Part shown: positions 12,754 through 25,030 of the stretch, one piece after another
Layout: the number at the start of each line of letters is the position of its first letter
Numbering within the stretch: the first letter of the stretch is position 1
Source: Centroscyllium fabricii
Lineage: Eukaryota
NCBI GenBank assembly: GCA_051313645.2
Contig: JBNRSN020000025.1
Span: 84,940,001-85,004,000 of the forward strand
Reading direction: 5' to 3'
DNA length: 64,000 bases
Made by a program: the position numbers and the translations under genes
The notes under the pieces: generated by a model
Seen by the model: only the letters and a program-made list of their open reading frames with translations
Databases searched by the model: none
What the model was told of the DNA's origin: nothing

Positions 12754-13042
12754 TGTAGGGAACGGCAGTCCCCTAGTCTTCGAAATTGCTAATAACGTCG
12801 AAAGGACGTGGAGCAAACGTAAACAGGTCTTTATTGGTTTCGATCCAGAAATGACTGAGTTACAAAAGGCGCGAAAACGCAAGGCATCATGGGGCATTTG
12901 ACGGACAGCCCGCAGGGCCAATCAAGGACCGGAACTGTTGATCCAACTAACCAATGGGGAAACAGGGGCGGGACCAACTCTGGAATGTGGATTCTAACAT
13001 CCTGGGGGGATCGGAGTGTCTCCCCCTAGTGGCTCTGCTACA
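12754..13042 (-). repeat. 5' LTR of the Gypsy element
   Basis: Direct repeat of 9124-9412, followed by the PBS on the minus strand. Confidence 0.93.
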
Positions 13043-13852
13043 ATATGATAAAAACGAGTTACTTAGCAAAAAATTAAACAAAGTTTTGCGATTCACAATG
13101 AACCAAAGTAATAAATGATCACAAAGTGGTTTTAGATGAAGAAATGACTTGGAACTTCCAGCTATGCCACAGTGATGGTCTCACCCTACGATGCTGAAGC
13201 TAACTGACAGTCTCAACAAAGCCACTAAGCTGGTTTTGCACTTTCTGTGCCAGCTTGGCAGCAGACGAGTTCAAACAATAACGTTGTGTAAAATAAGGGG
13301 AGATAATTCAGAGTTCTGGTGAAAGGGCCTGGGATTATAGCCAGCTTTTGAATGCATTACCGCAACAGTGCGAGGAGTCAGTTTTTGTTATTTATGCTGA
13401 TGGCTGCAATGAAAAGTGAGAACATACCGGCAACAGTACAATGAGTTAACGCTCTTCAGTCTACAAGCTTCCAGTTCTCACCCAATTCTCCCACAGTCAG
13501 GCTGTTACCACAGGTCACAGGCTTAGGTACTGTAACTATTTTAACTTTATCTAAAGGGTATCTTTGGAGCCAGACATTAAAGTTAGACATTTTGAGGGAC
13601 TTGTTTGATGACAGTAGTGATGAGGTGATATATGGAGCAGCGTATGGAGGGATGCATGAAAAAGATTCATGGACATCAATGGGACACAGATTAGAATAAC
13701 CATGGAACCCAATATAGCAGAAACATGATCGGGAATATTGCCCTTTAGTTGCAGTACCTATAGAGCCTTGCTGTTGAAAAAGCATTGGATAAATTGAAAT
13801 GTATCATATAATTTCAAAGCCCCAAAAAGATTTGCATGTGTTTTCCATTGTT

Positions 13853-14465
13853 AGGAATGTAGAACAGGAGGAGGCCATTCAGCCCCTTGAGCCTGTTCCC
13901 GATCATGGTTGATCTGAATCGAACTCCATTTACCCGTCATTTATCCCTTACCAAACAAAAATCTATCACTCAGTTTTGAAATTTTCAATTGTCCCCCCGG
14001 CCTCAACAGCTTTTTGGGGCAGAGAGTTCCAGATTTCCCCCACCCTTTGTGTGAAGAGGTGCTTCCTGACATCCCCCCTGAACACCCTGGCTCTAATTTT
14101 AAGATTGTGCCTCTTGTTCTGGACTCTCCCACCAGAGGAAATAGTTTCTCTCTATCGACCCCATCAACTCCTTTAATCATCTTAAACACCTCGATTAGAT
14201 CACCCCTCAATCTTCTAAACTCCAGGGGACACAAGCCCAGTTTGTGCAACCTGTCCTCATAATTTAACCCTTTTAGCCCCGGGATCATTCTGGTGAATCT
14301 GCGCTGCCCCCCCCTCCGAGGCCAAGATATCCTTCCTGAGGGGCGGGGCCCAGAACTGAACACAGTGACTGCAGGTGGAGTCTGACCAGAGCTTTGTACA
14401 ACTGTCCCATAACATCCACCCCTTTGTATTCCTGCCCTCGAGAGAGAGAGAAAGGCTAACATTCC
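13853..14465 (-). mobile_element. CR1 LINE 3' fragment
   Basis: QRRFTRMIPGLKGLNYEDRL...RRLRGDLIEVFK C-terminal ORF2 motif plus tail. Confidence 0.88.
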
Positions 14466-15570
14466 ATTCTTATATTGTTAATAAAGTTCAGTATTCAATT
14501 TGTATAAATCTATTCATCAGGCAAATTCTCCTCCTCCTGAAAACATGCTCTCTTACTCTGCTGGAATGGTTGAACTGGTGATGTCACTTGCACAGTATTA
14601 TAAATCCCACTAGTTGAACTTCTGTTCAGTGGTTTGGGATGGAGAATGGCGCTCCCCATGATCAATATATGCAGCCATGCCAATTTCACTCACATCCCAA
14701 AAACAAATACTAAAAAAAGATCAAGTTCAAAATTGCCATCAATTGACAATAAAGCAGATTGATGAATCAGATTGTGCATAAAAATGTCATCTCATGCTGA
14801 CCCAATCTCTGGTCTGATATTGAAGCAAATGAATGATTCAGGCAGGTTCATGCATAAAACTTTGGGAAAAACATGCCAGAAATAGATCACATGAAAATTG
14901 TCCAGTCTTCTGTCTGCATGCACTTTTTGTTTTAAATATCATTATACACAGACACAATGTGTGAGAATTAACTGCACCCAATCAAACATCTCATTACATC
15001 CCAGATCAAGGACTAATGTTGGTGTACACACTCCATTTGAAAATACAGGGAGGGCTGGGTGACAAGGAGCTGCTACTTTTGGGATGGTTCTTTTTAAATT
15101 CATGTAGTCTATCTCCTCACCTTGATGGAAGCAGTGAAAAACCTGAAACACAGTGGTACCTTCTCACACATCCACTACCTACATGGTGCTTCAGAATCCC
15201 ACTCATCTGCTGCAACGGGACAGGGCCTAATAGGAATGGATGAAAGTACCCTTACTTTATATATTCACAGAAGGTATGGCGGCACATGGAAATTGTACAT
15301 TCACTGGTGGCGAAAGGGTGAGAATGGGGTGAAAGGTCTTGCATAGCTTATTTAAAAAAATCTATTTTTATACTGGGAGAGGGGGATGAGAATTCACCAA
15401 ATGCTATTAGCCTTGGGTCATTATTGAATGTTACCCTGCTTGGCTTATGAAAAATGTACACCAACACTGTGCTAACTTTGGTATGAGAATATTGGAGATA
15501 GATATGTAAATGAGAGAGAGAAAGATTCCAGCAAAATACGATACATCAACATCACACCATGCCAACTTAC

Positions 15571-15624
15571 ATTGTCTGTTTCCTTCTAGTGTTTCAAATG
15601 TCTGAAAATGGACCTGTGAGGGAG
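15571..15624 (-). CDS. HSPG2: HSPG2 putative alternative cassette exon, inter-Ig linker ((A)PSQVHFQTFETLEGNRQ(S)), 54 nt, phase 1-1
   Basis: Acceptor catgttaactccacag|CT, consensus donor T|gtaagt. Open in the required frame and symmetric in phase with the flanking exons. Resembles a short insert I recall in non-mammalian perlecans (APS...F...E..EGHR). Confidence 0.72.
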
Positions 15625-16239
15625 CTGTGGAGTTAACATGTCAGATTAAATATCTAGCGAATAAGTACCCATTACATGATGTGAGCACAAACATACCCCA
15701 CTCTTCTACTGACAGTGGAGGATCTGTAGCCAGATTAAAAACCACAGTGCACAGCTTGATTCAGACTCTGGAGCCCATGCAATGATCTCGTTGAAGTTGT
15801 TATGCTAAGAACCCACTATCGTAAACTCCTTTGCTTGCAACAGAATCCAAATGATCAGACATCACAAAATACAAGAGAATGAGCACGTGCAGTTAAACTG
15901 CAACCATCTGGAACTAAAATACATCGATTGATTAATTCACCCAAGGGATCTGCACTGAGCTAGGGTGTAAGATACCGAATCTGGTTTTTCAAGACATCAT
16001 TTCACTGTAAACGGATTGTCCAGTGAGGCTTCTCTTCAAGAAATGTCGAAAGTATCAACAAGTTTGTGCCATTGATTCAAAGATTAAATATATACTGCAG
16101 TCCAGAGGCTTACCTGAAAATAACTGCATCATTTGCAAGGCTACTTCCAATTAATAATGCTTTTAAAAGGGCTACTACCAGAACCAGCTTCTATTCAGAT
16201 CAAATCTAAATGATGTGCATGGGTACAGAATCCAGAGAG

Positions 16240-17290
16240 TTATGGTACTGAACTAGCAACCCCAAAGTCTCGAGTTCAAATCCTATCACGGCAAACTGTG
16301 AATCTGAATTAAAGAAAACTGTGGTAACTTGTGAGTTGGCACCAGTTAACGACCATGAAAGCTGTCGGATAATCATAAATACCGAACTGCCTCCCCTACC
16401 GGCATGTGACTCCAATCCCACACTATAGGGGGTATTTTCGGAGGGCCGTGAGGACGAGTTTCCAGTGGGGCGGGGCTTAAAATCACGAAACCGTGGGGTC
16501 CCGACCCCTCCCGCCGGATCCCCACCGCTTTGCAGTTTTCGGCCGGTGTCTCTTGCCAGCCCGAGTCTTTCCCGCCCGTCACCAGCGGGGTTGATCATTA
16601 TGCTCGTTAGGGGCCCTTAACTGCCATGGGTAATCCCATTTTAAGGGCCCCTTGCGATTTCTGAGCCCTTCCCACCCATACTCCGCCATCCTGAAACCCC
16701 GCCGGTGGAACCTAGCGGGATCACAGTCAGCTTGGTCACTTTCACCTTCAAGGCATTGAAGGACCTGTAGCAGAATGCCTTCCAGGCCTTCAACACCCTG
16801 GAGATGTAAGTGACTCCCTTGTCTGAAGAGCAGTTGTGGAAAAAACCTTACAAACACTTACCTAACAGATGAATGGAAATGCATCATAGAGGGACAGCCC
16901 CTAACTGTGAGCTTTCCAGCGAGTCCTTAGACCTGTCACTCAACCCACTTGTGCTTTGAAATTGGTTACACTCCATTGTGATGTCATAATGCACTGTTTC
17001 CATAGAAACTAACACACAGTCCTTACCCCTTGAATCAAACCTCTAGCTGTCAGTTGCAGCTCTGCCGTTTTCTGACTGGAATCAGTCAATTGGCAGGGGC
17101 TCTGACACGCGGGCAATTAATTGGCCAATTAAGCCAAAATTGCGTGGGGTTCTTGAGGCCCTTGAACATTTGTGTCAGAAACCTGATCCGTCCAAAACCC
17201 ACCAGGTTCCCACAGCTTTGCGAAAATCCCCCCCATGTGCTTGACTCTTAAAGCCCTTGGGGCAACTGGAGATGGTCAATAAATGCAGAC
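16240..17290 (+). mobile_element. Old shark SINE-like element split by the MITE at 16428-17233
   Basis: B-box-like gagttcaaatcc, body gaccatgaaagctgtcgga...tgtgactcc, and tail ggggcaactggagatggtcaataaatgc related to the LINE tail at about 62790-62843. Confidence 0.5.
16428..17233. mobile_element. Non-autonomous DNA transposon (MITE, possibly PIF/Harbinger-like)
   Basis: Imperfect TIR GGGGGTATTTTCG / CGAAAATCCCCCC; the host SINE resumes on both sides. Confidence 0.6.
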
Positions 17291-17511
17291 TTCTCACTCA
17301 GTGCTGCCCACATTTAAAAAAATTATGATGCACCAGTTCTTAACATTAATGGGGTACATTTCACATCTGCTGTAAACATTATAAGCATATGAGGACGTTA
17401 CCATAAAGGTGTGTCTTCTCACTGAGTTACATAAATTAATTGGAACAGTAACTTTTTTCCCATATAGATTACTTTCACATTCCAAGTTCACCTTGATGGG
17501 CTCCAATGTAA

Positions 17512-17904
17512 ACATAGAAACTAGGAGGAGTAGGCCATTCGGCCCTTCAAGCCTGCTCCGCCATTCAATGAGATCATGGCTGATCATCCAAACCCAGTAC
17601 CCAGTACCCCGCCCCAGCCCTCTCCCCATATCCCTCGATCCCCATCGAGCCTGCATCGACACATATCCCACCCTATCCCCGCAACCCCACACATTCAATC
17701 CCCCTAACACTAAGGGTCAATTTATCATAGCCAATCAACCTAACCCGCACATCTTTGGACTGTGGGAGGAAACCGGAGCACCCGGAGGAAACCCACGCAG
17801 GCACGGGGAAAATGTGCAAACTCCACACAGATAGTACCCGAGGCTGGATTTGAACCCGGGTCTCCAGTGCTGTGAGACAACAGTGCTAACCACTATGCCA
17901 CCCC
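17512..17904 (-). mobile_element. Full-length HE1-like V-SINE with swapped CR1 tail
   Basis: tRNA-derived head (A box GGCATAGTGG, B box GGTTCAAATCC), V-domain GGAGTTTGCACAT...GTGGGTTTCCTCCGGGTGCTCCGG, chimeric tail junction at about 17641. Confidence 0.88.
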
Positions 17905-18304
17905 AACTAAACAGTATAGGAGTTGAAAGAAAACTGTAATTACTGAACGAACATTGGCAAACTGGTTTTGGGGAGCCAGCACACTGTCTGTAACTATATA
18001 TAACCAGCGTCCTCAAACTTTCCAATTAGAGACAAGCACACCCTCAAAATGCAGTACGTTCCAATGAATGGCTGACTGCCCAGCAACATTCAGCACAGTC
18101 CTTAGTGCAAGGTGCAATTCATGGATATCGGGATTTTTCCAATGTTGGGAATAATGTACATCATCAGTGACCCTATAAAGGCCAGAGCGCAACAAGTAGC
18201 CAGCAGGAGGAGCATAGTTAAAGATAGGGAAATTCAGCAAGGCACAAAAAATCTGCTGAAGTCAGTGCAAAGGAGATGCAGTGAGAGACTAAGAAGCAGA
18301 AACT

Positions 18305-20358
18305 GAAGGAGAGAGCAAGGCAAGACTAGAGGAACTGGAGGAGAGAGCAGGGAGGCTAGAGAAACTGGAGGAGAGAGCAAGGCAAGACTAGAGGAACTGG
18401 AGGAGAGAGCAGGGAGACCAGAGGAACTGGAGGAGAGAGCAGGGCAAGACTAGAGGAACTGGAGCAGAGAGCAGGGAGACCAGAGGAACTGGAGGAGAGA
18501 GCAGGGCAAGACTAGAGGAACTGGAGCAGAGAGCAGGGAGACCAGAGGAACTGGAGGAGAGAGCAGGGCAAGACTAGAGGAACTGGAGCAGAGAGCAGGG
18601 AGACCAGAGGAACTGGAGGAGAGAGCAAGGCAAGACCAGAGGAACTGGAGGAGAGAGCAAGGCAAGACCAGAGGAACTGGAGGAGAGAGCAAGGCAAGAC
18701 CAGAGGAACTGGAGGAGAGAGCAAGGCAAGACTAGAGGAACTGGAGGAGAGAGCAAGGCAAGACTAGAGGAACTGGAGGAGAGAGCAAGGCAAGACTAGA
18801 GGAACTGGAGGAGAGAGCAAGGCAAGACTAGAGGAACTGGAGGAGAGAGCAAGGCAAGACTAGAGGAACTGGAGGAGAGAGCAGGGAGACCAAAGGAACT
18901 GGAGGAGAGAGCAAGGCAAGACTAGAGGAACTGGAGGAGAGAGCAGGGCAAGACTAGAGGAACTGGAGGAGAGAGCAGGGCAAGACTAGAGGAACTGGAG
19001 GAGAGAGCAGGGAGATCAAAGGAACTGGAGGAGAGAGCAAGGCAAGACTAGAGGAACTGGAGGAGAGAGCAAGGCAAGACCAGAGGAACTGGAGGAGAGA
19101 GCAAGGCAAGACCAGAGAAACTGGAGGAGAGAGCAGGGAGACTAGAGGAACTGGAGCAGAGAGCAGGGAGACCAGAGGAACTGGAGCAGAGAGCAGGGAG
19201 ACCAGAGGAACTGGAGGAGAGAGCAGGGCAAGACTAGAGGAACTGGAGGAGAGAGCAGGGCAAGACTAGAGGAACTGGAGGAGAGAGCAAGGCAAGACTA
19301 GAGGAACTGGAGGAGAGAGCAAGGCAAGACTAGAGGAACTGGAGGAGAGAGCAAGGCAAGACCAGAGGAACTGGAGGAGAGAGCAAGGCAAGACCAGAGG
19401 AACTGGAGGAGAGAGCAGGGAGACTGGAGGAGAGAGCAGGGCAAGACCAGAGGAACTGGAGGAGAGAGCAAGGCAAGACCAGAGGAACTGGAGGAGAGAG
19501 CAGGGAGACTAGAGGAACTGGAGGAGAGAGCAAGGCAAGACTAGAGAAACTGGAGGAGAGAGCAAGGCAAGACCAGAGAAACTTGAGGAGAGAGCAGGGA
19601 GACTAGAGGAACTGGAGGAGAGACCAGGGCAAGACTAGAGGAACTGGAGGAGAGAGCAGGGCAAGACCAGAGAAACTGGAGGAGAGAGCAGGGAGACTAG
19701 AGGAACTGGAGCAGAGAGCAGGGAGACCAGAGGAACTGGAGGAGAGAGCAGAGGAACTGGATGAGCGAGCAAGGCAAGACCAGAGGAACTGGAGGAGAGA
19801 GCAAGGCAAGACCAGAGAAACTGGAGGGGAGAGCAAGGCAATACTAGAGGAACTGGAGGAGAGCGCAGGGCAAGACCAGAGGAGCTGGAGGAGAGAGCAA
19901 GGCAATACTAGAGGAACTGGAGGAGAGAGCAGAGCAAGACCAGAGGAACTGGAGGAGAGAGCAGGGCAAGATTAGAGGAACTGGAGGAGAGAGCAGAGCA
20001 AGACTGGAGGAGAGAGCAGGGAGACTAGAGGAACTGGAGGAGAGAGCAAGGCAAGACCAGAGGAACTGGAGGAGAGAGCAAGGCAAGACCAGAGGAACTG
20101 GAGGAGAGAGCAGGGCAAGATTAGAGGAACTGGAGGAGAGAGCAAGGCAAGACCAGAGGAACTGGAGGAGAGAGCAGGGCAAGACTAGAGGAACTGGAGG
20201 AGAGAGCAGGGCAAGACTAGAGGAACTGGAGGAGAGAGCAGAGCAAGACTGGAGGAGAGAGCAAGGAGACTGGAGGAACTGAAGGAGAGAGCAGGGAGAC
20301 TGGAGGAACTGAAGGAGAGAGCAGGGCAAGACTAGAGGAACTGGAGGAGAGAGCAGGC
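18305..20358. repeat. About 2-kb purine-rich minisatellite, 32-bp unit GGAGAGAGCAAGGCAAGACTAGAGGAACTGGA with 30-bp variant, about 65 units
   Basis: Tandem units directly visible; source of the low-complexity L/S/P ORFs. Confidence 0.97.
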
Positions 20359-21931
20359 ACATGGAGCCTTACCAAGTATGAAGACAAGGATAGATCCATG
20401 GTGCAAAGGTGGTTAGAGCTGGACATCGAAAATGTTGCAACACGAACTGCAGAAACAGGTCCCAGAACGGCAAAGAATATTAAGTAGAGGAAACCAAAAC
20501 AATCTTATAACAGCGCAAACAGAATCCCAGTTGAAAAGGTCATTAAAGATCAGTTAGTTAAAAAAAAATGCAGAAGGACGGAGATGAAATCTCTGTGAAC
20601 TCGAAACAGCAGATACTTCACTAACGGAAGAACTAGGAACAATCTACAAGTTCAACTGACTTTACGTAACTTGAGGCATTAGTATGGTTCCATTTTTAGT
20701 TTATATAAGTAAGTATAGTATTAGGGAAGGTCATTCTGCCCATGAAGTATATCCTCCCCACTGACCAAGTGCAATCTGCCCTTATTAAGGACTCTCCAAC
20801 CTACTCAACCTATTGAATGAGGCAACCGCAGGAAAATCCCCAACAAATTCTCTCTGAACTACAAGCTTCAGATTACCGATCCTGCTTATACCCACATTTC
20901 TAGTCAGACCCACTGAAACAAAAACTGAGATTTCTAAAAACATACTGTAAGTCAGTCAGCATTTGTGGGAATCCTCTTAATGGGCTCATCCCTTCTTCAG
21001 AACCAGTGTGAAGAAATGTGCAAGCCCCCAAAAAATCGACTATTCTCTCCACTGCAACTGACTGACCTGCTCGTCCTAGTTGGGGAATTTCTTCAGTTCT
21101 CTATTGAAACATTAGGTCACAGGATAGGAATACACAGAACTATTTAGATTGTCTACCCAATCCCTCTTGAATTTCGTCTGTCTGTTGGCCTATCACAGAA
21201 CACCAAAAGCCATGAATGTACAATCTTTAACTGCAGAAGGTGGTAATTTGCTTGTACAATTCTCCAACCAGAAGTGCTCACATTTGATCCCCAGCCACCC
21301 TACAAAGTGGTGATGAGAAGCTTGCTGGATTAATTTCAAGGCCATTTTGTAGTGCCAAGGTATTCCTTCGGAAGTGTCTGGTCAGGACAATAATGGCTCC
21401 TAATAGCACTGCAAGTCACTTCGAGAAGCTACTTAAATATTGCCCCAAGGTGTGGCACTAACTTAAGACCTCAAATTTTCCTGGTGGTTCATAACAGATA
21501 AAGAGCAACCTAAACAAAATAAAAAAGTAAGTCCTGCTACCCATCTCGCCATTCTGGGCTTAGTGAAGGGTTTAATGAAGGGTTTTCTTCCCAAAACAAG
21601 AGACTGGCCTAGATCGGCGAGTGTCCTTAGTTCTATTAAAAGGAAAGTCAACAAGGTGATCCTTTCATCAAAATAGGGCAATGTGGTAGTGGGTATACTT
21701 TTGGTACCATGATTTCCTGAGGGGGGGAAAAAGTGAAAATTTAGGTATTAACGTCTGATATAGCCTCTGAATATTAAATAAACTAAGGTCGATCCAGTGC
21801 CACAGTTTGAAGATCACAATCGCTACATGCAGGAACAAGAGAAGGCAAAATCAAATGAAAAAAACCCTATGACCACTGTCAACACATGCAAAAAAATCTT
21901 GGCAACCGTTTGATCCAAAAAGTTGTCATGA

Positions 21932-22215
21932 CAATTCAATTCAATTCAATTCAATTCAATTCAATTAGCTTTATTGGCATGAATGGTATCAACCGTTGTT
22001 GCCAAAGCATTACAAAAAATGGTACATCAATAACAACAAGACATCTATCTGCCAAAGACTTGATGAGTTCTATCGGAATTCTCCACATGGTTGCACGGCC
22101 CCCCGCCCACCCCACACTGCTCAAGATGTCCACTGTGACATTCTGCGCCTGCGAAGTGTTTAGCAGAAAGGGTCATAATCTGACGACACCAAACCAGATG
22201 TGGACGCTGTCCTGA
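21932..22215 (-). mobile_element. 3' end of an unclassified non-LTR retroelement with (AATTG)n tail
   Basis: Minus strand tgctttggcaac...catgccaataaagc followed by (aattg)x7. Confidence 0.5.
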
Positions 22216-23427
22216 CAAATTCAGGAATAGCTCGCCTCCCCTTTGCTTATACACCTCTCTGTAGCTGCAAGATGAACCAACTTACAAGGCTTTACTAGTG
22301 TTTCTTGAAATTCTCCAACATTGTTCCAAGGGTTTCTTAAACAGATATGTCTTTGCAAAGAAGATTTCTGCAAACTTTGTTTGCATTATGCCAGTAAACC
22401 TGAAAATTCTAAGCTAGGTATACTAGTGCCAGCCTGTATCGTCGGAACTCCAGCATTTTCTGTTAGATTTCCAGCATCTGCAGTATTTTGCTATTGTATC
22501 ATCGGCACTCCCTGAACGTCAGGCTGCACCCTCATCTAGAGGGAATGATTTACAGATTGTTGCAAGAGTTTTGTGGCTTGAATTAGGTTGCCCACATTAG
22601 CTCAAAAGTTATCATTGAATTTAAACCACTTGCTTGAGCATGCAGATAACCTAGTTGGGTTGAAGAAGATCCATCTTCCGTTAGAGTGTGGTTTGGGCAA
22701 ACATCCCTTGTCCAGGTATCCAACTTTTTGGATTCTCTCCCAGGATGTATGATTTACTGTGCTTTGTCTATACAGAGAATATCAGAGGAACTTGATCTTA
22801 ACTAAAGCTAAATCATTCTGAAGACCATTCCTTCTCTCAAGCAGCCTGAGTGGTGATCCACATGGTCAGTGGGGCAGTGAAAGCTGGGCAGCTGGAGGCT
22901 GCGATTGGGTCCACAAGGGCCAGAACAGAGTCCAATGACAAAATTCAATTACTAAAGATACAAATCACCAGTTTTGAGGCTACGCAAATATAACTGAAGG
23001 ATAAAGCTTGTGGAATTTCCCCTCCTCTCACCAAAATAGCATGCGTTTTTGTAAAGTATTACACAGCTTAAGAAACTCCTAGAGGGACGCTTAGCCTTAA
23101 AGTGTTGGGGGGGGGGGGGGCGCAGGGGGTTAGCAGATGATATTCACTGTTGCAAAAAGTTAAGAGTTCAGAAAAGAATCCTGGGAACTGTCAAAGAGCT
23201 CCACTATTTGATCTGTAATGGCAGGTTGCGAGTCTTTAAGTTTATGCGGTGTGACCAGTAAGGCCAGGTATGAGTTGAAGCTCCCATCAAGACTTCCTGG
23301 TGGTCCTCAATGCCAGATATCATTTTTACTTTAAAGCAAGACCTAGAAAAGGTTGTTTAATTCCTGGAGAACCCAGATGTCATTTCCCTGGACACTAGAG
23401 TGTAAATAAAAAAGCATAGTTTAGCTA

Positions 23428-23745
23428 GGGTGGCACAGTGGCATAGTGGTTAGCACTGTTGCCTCACAGCGCTAGGGGCCCGGGTTCAAATCCAGCCTCG
23501 GGTACTATCTGTGTGGAGTTTGCACATTCTCCCCGTGTCTGCGTGGGTTTCCTCCGGGTGCTCCAGTTTCCTCCCACAGTCCAAAGATGTGCGGGTTAGG
23601 TTGATTGGCCATGATAAATTGACCCTTAGTGTTAGGGGTATTAAATATGTGGGGTTACAGGGATAGGGTGGGATGTGTGTCGGTGCAGGCTCAATGGGCC
23701 GAAATGGCCTCTATCTGCACTGTAGGGATTCTATGATTCTATGAG
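23428..23745 (+). mobile_element. Full-length HE1-like V-SINE with original tail
   Basis: tRNA head with A/B boxes, V-domain, tail aatggcctctatctgcactgtagggattctatgattctatg. Confidence 0.9.
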
Positions 23746-23796
23746 ATTCAGTCCATTCCGGAGAATAGTCTGATCGGTGCTTAATTTTATATTTCG

Positions 23797-24103
23797 TAGA
23801 GGGGTCAATAACCAGGGGGCATAGTTTCAAGGTAAGAGGCAGGAGGTTTAGGGGAGATTTGAGGAGGAACATTTTCACGCAGGGGGTGGTTGGAGTCTGG
23901 AACTCGCTGCCTGGAAGGGTGGTGGAGGCAGGAATCCCCACAACATTTAAGAGGCATTTGGATGAGCACTTGAGATGCCATAACATACAAGGCTACGGAG
24001 CAAGTGCTAGAAAATGGGATTAGAATAGACAGGGCTTGATGGCCGGCATGGACACGATGGGCCGAAGGGCCTCTTTCCATGCTGTATTACTCTATGACTC
24101 TAT
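23797..24103 (+). mobile_element. CR1 LINE 3' fragment
   Basis: TRGHSFKVRG..FRGDLRRNIFTQ.VV.VWN.LP motif plus tail. Confidence 0.85.
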
Positions 24104-25030
24104 CTGGAGCTCTTTCTGAAGTTGGATTTCAAGCACTGTCCAATCATAAGATGGCCCACAATGGGAGAGAAACGTTTGAACCTAATCTGAAGACCATGCT
24201 TACACTGTGACTGGAGATTTGCACGTGAGGTTTAAAACCCAGAGCTTCTCAGGGTTTCACTTTCCAGTTCTAATTTTGATCTGGATTCAGATCGCTCAAC
24301 TAAATCTCGCTTTACACTCCAATTTTGTTGTAATGCTAAACTCCATGTGTAAATGTACTCTTAGATTACCATCAGCATCTTGAGTAGTCCCAGTAAGGTT
24401 TACTTGAGTGTGGAAGAGAACATTTATCTATTTGTATAACTAATGAATCCCCCATAGTGTTGCTCATTGCAAGTCGGATGATGTGCTATTTAATAACGAC
24501 AGGAGTATTATTTTATGAACTGTGTCCCTCCAAGATCTAACTGTAAAGTGAACATAGGTTTAAAGGTCATTCAGAGCTTAATTATTGTTTGGTCAGGAAA
24601 CTCTGAAATTGGAATCTGCATGGCAATTTCAGCCTGCAGCTGAGAAGCATTTTCAAGGTTGTTTTCTCTTGAAGCTGTAAGTCAGAACCCAAGATGGCCA
24701 CCTGGTTTTCAAATGATTGGTCTCCTTTCTTGTCCATATTGTTGGAAGAAATCTGTATCTGGGCTAATCAGCTGCGAGAAATTTGTTCAAATTTGCCGAC
24801 CCTTGCATGTGACATCTGAAATAGGATAGCCAAGAAATGGGTACAGACACATCACTATCATCGCAGCAGATCTCTCATAATGCTGCTCACTCTGCTCAAT
24901 ATACCGGGGTCCCGAGTGACTTAAATACCATTGTTCACCCAGAGTTTAGAAGAACTACTGTTTGGCCATATAGGAAATACTTGGCCCTGAAAGAGACAGG
25001 GCAAGTTGACAACTAAGTATCATAATTGCC

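Larger units (their letters stand above)
9124..13042 (-). mobile_element. Gypsy/Ty3 LTR retrotransposon, defective (gag, protease, RNase H, integrase; RT core deleted)
   Basis: 289-bp LTRs at 12754-13042 and 9124-9412 (TG...CA) with ATAT TSD. PBS TGGTGACCCTGA (tRNA-Trp-like) and PPT GGGGGGG. Protease DTGS, RNase H TDASD, integrase HHCC/HVDLVGP and GPF motifs in Gypsy order. Confidence 0.95.

Noticed and set aside
13758-13770. Possible 9- or 13-nt microexon (tgctttttcaacagCAAG/GCTCTATAG|gtactg)
   Set aside because: The natural CAG acceptor gives 13 nt (frameshift), and the 9-nt form needs a weak downstream AAG. No homology support, so it is not claimed without RNA data.
18450-20426. Multiple Leu/Ser/Pro-rich ORFs
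   Set aside because: Translations of the 32-bp minisatellite.
23428-23505. tRNA-like sequences (also about 17835-17904 and 35855-35925)
   Set aside because: They are SINE heads continuing into V or Deu domains, not tRNA genes.
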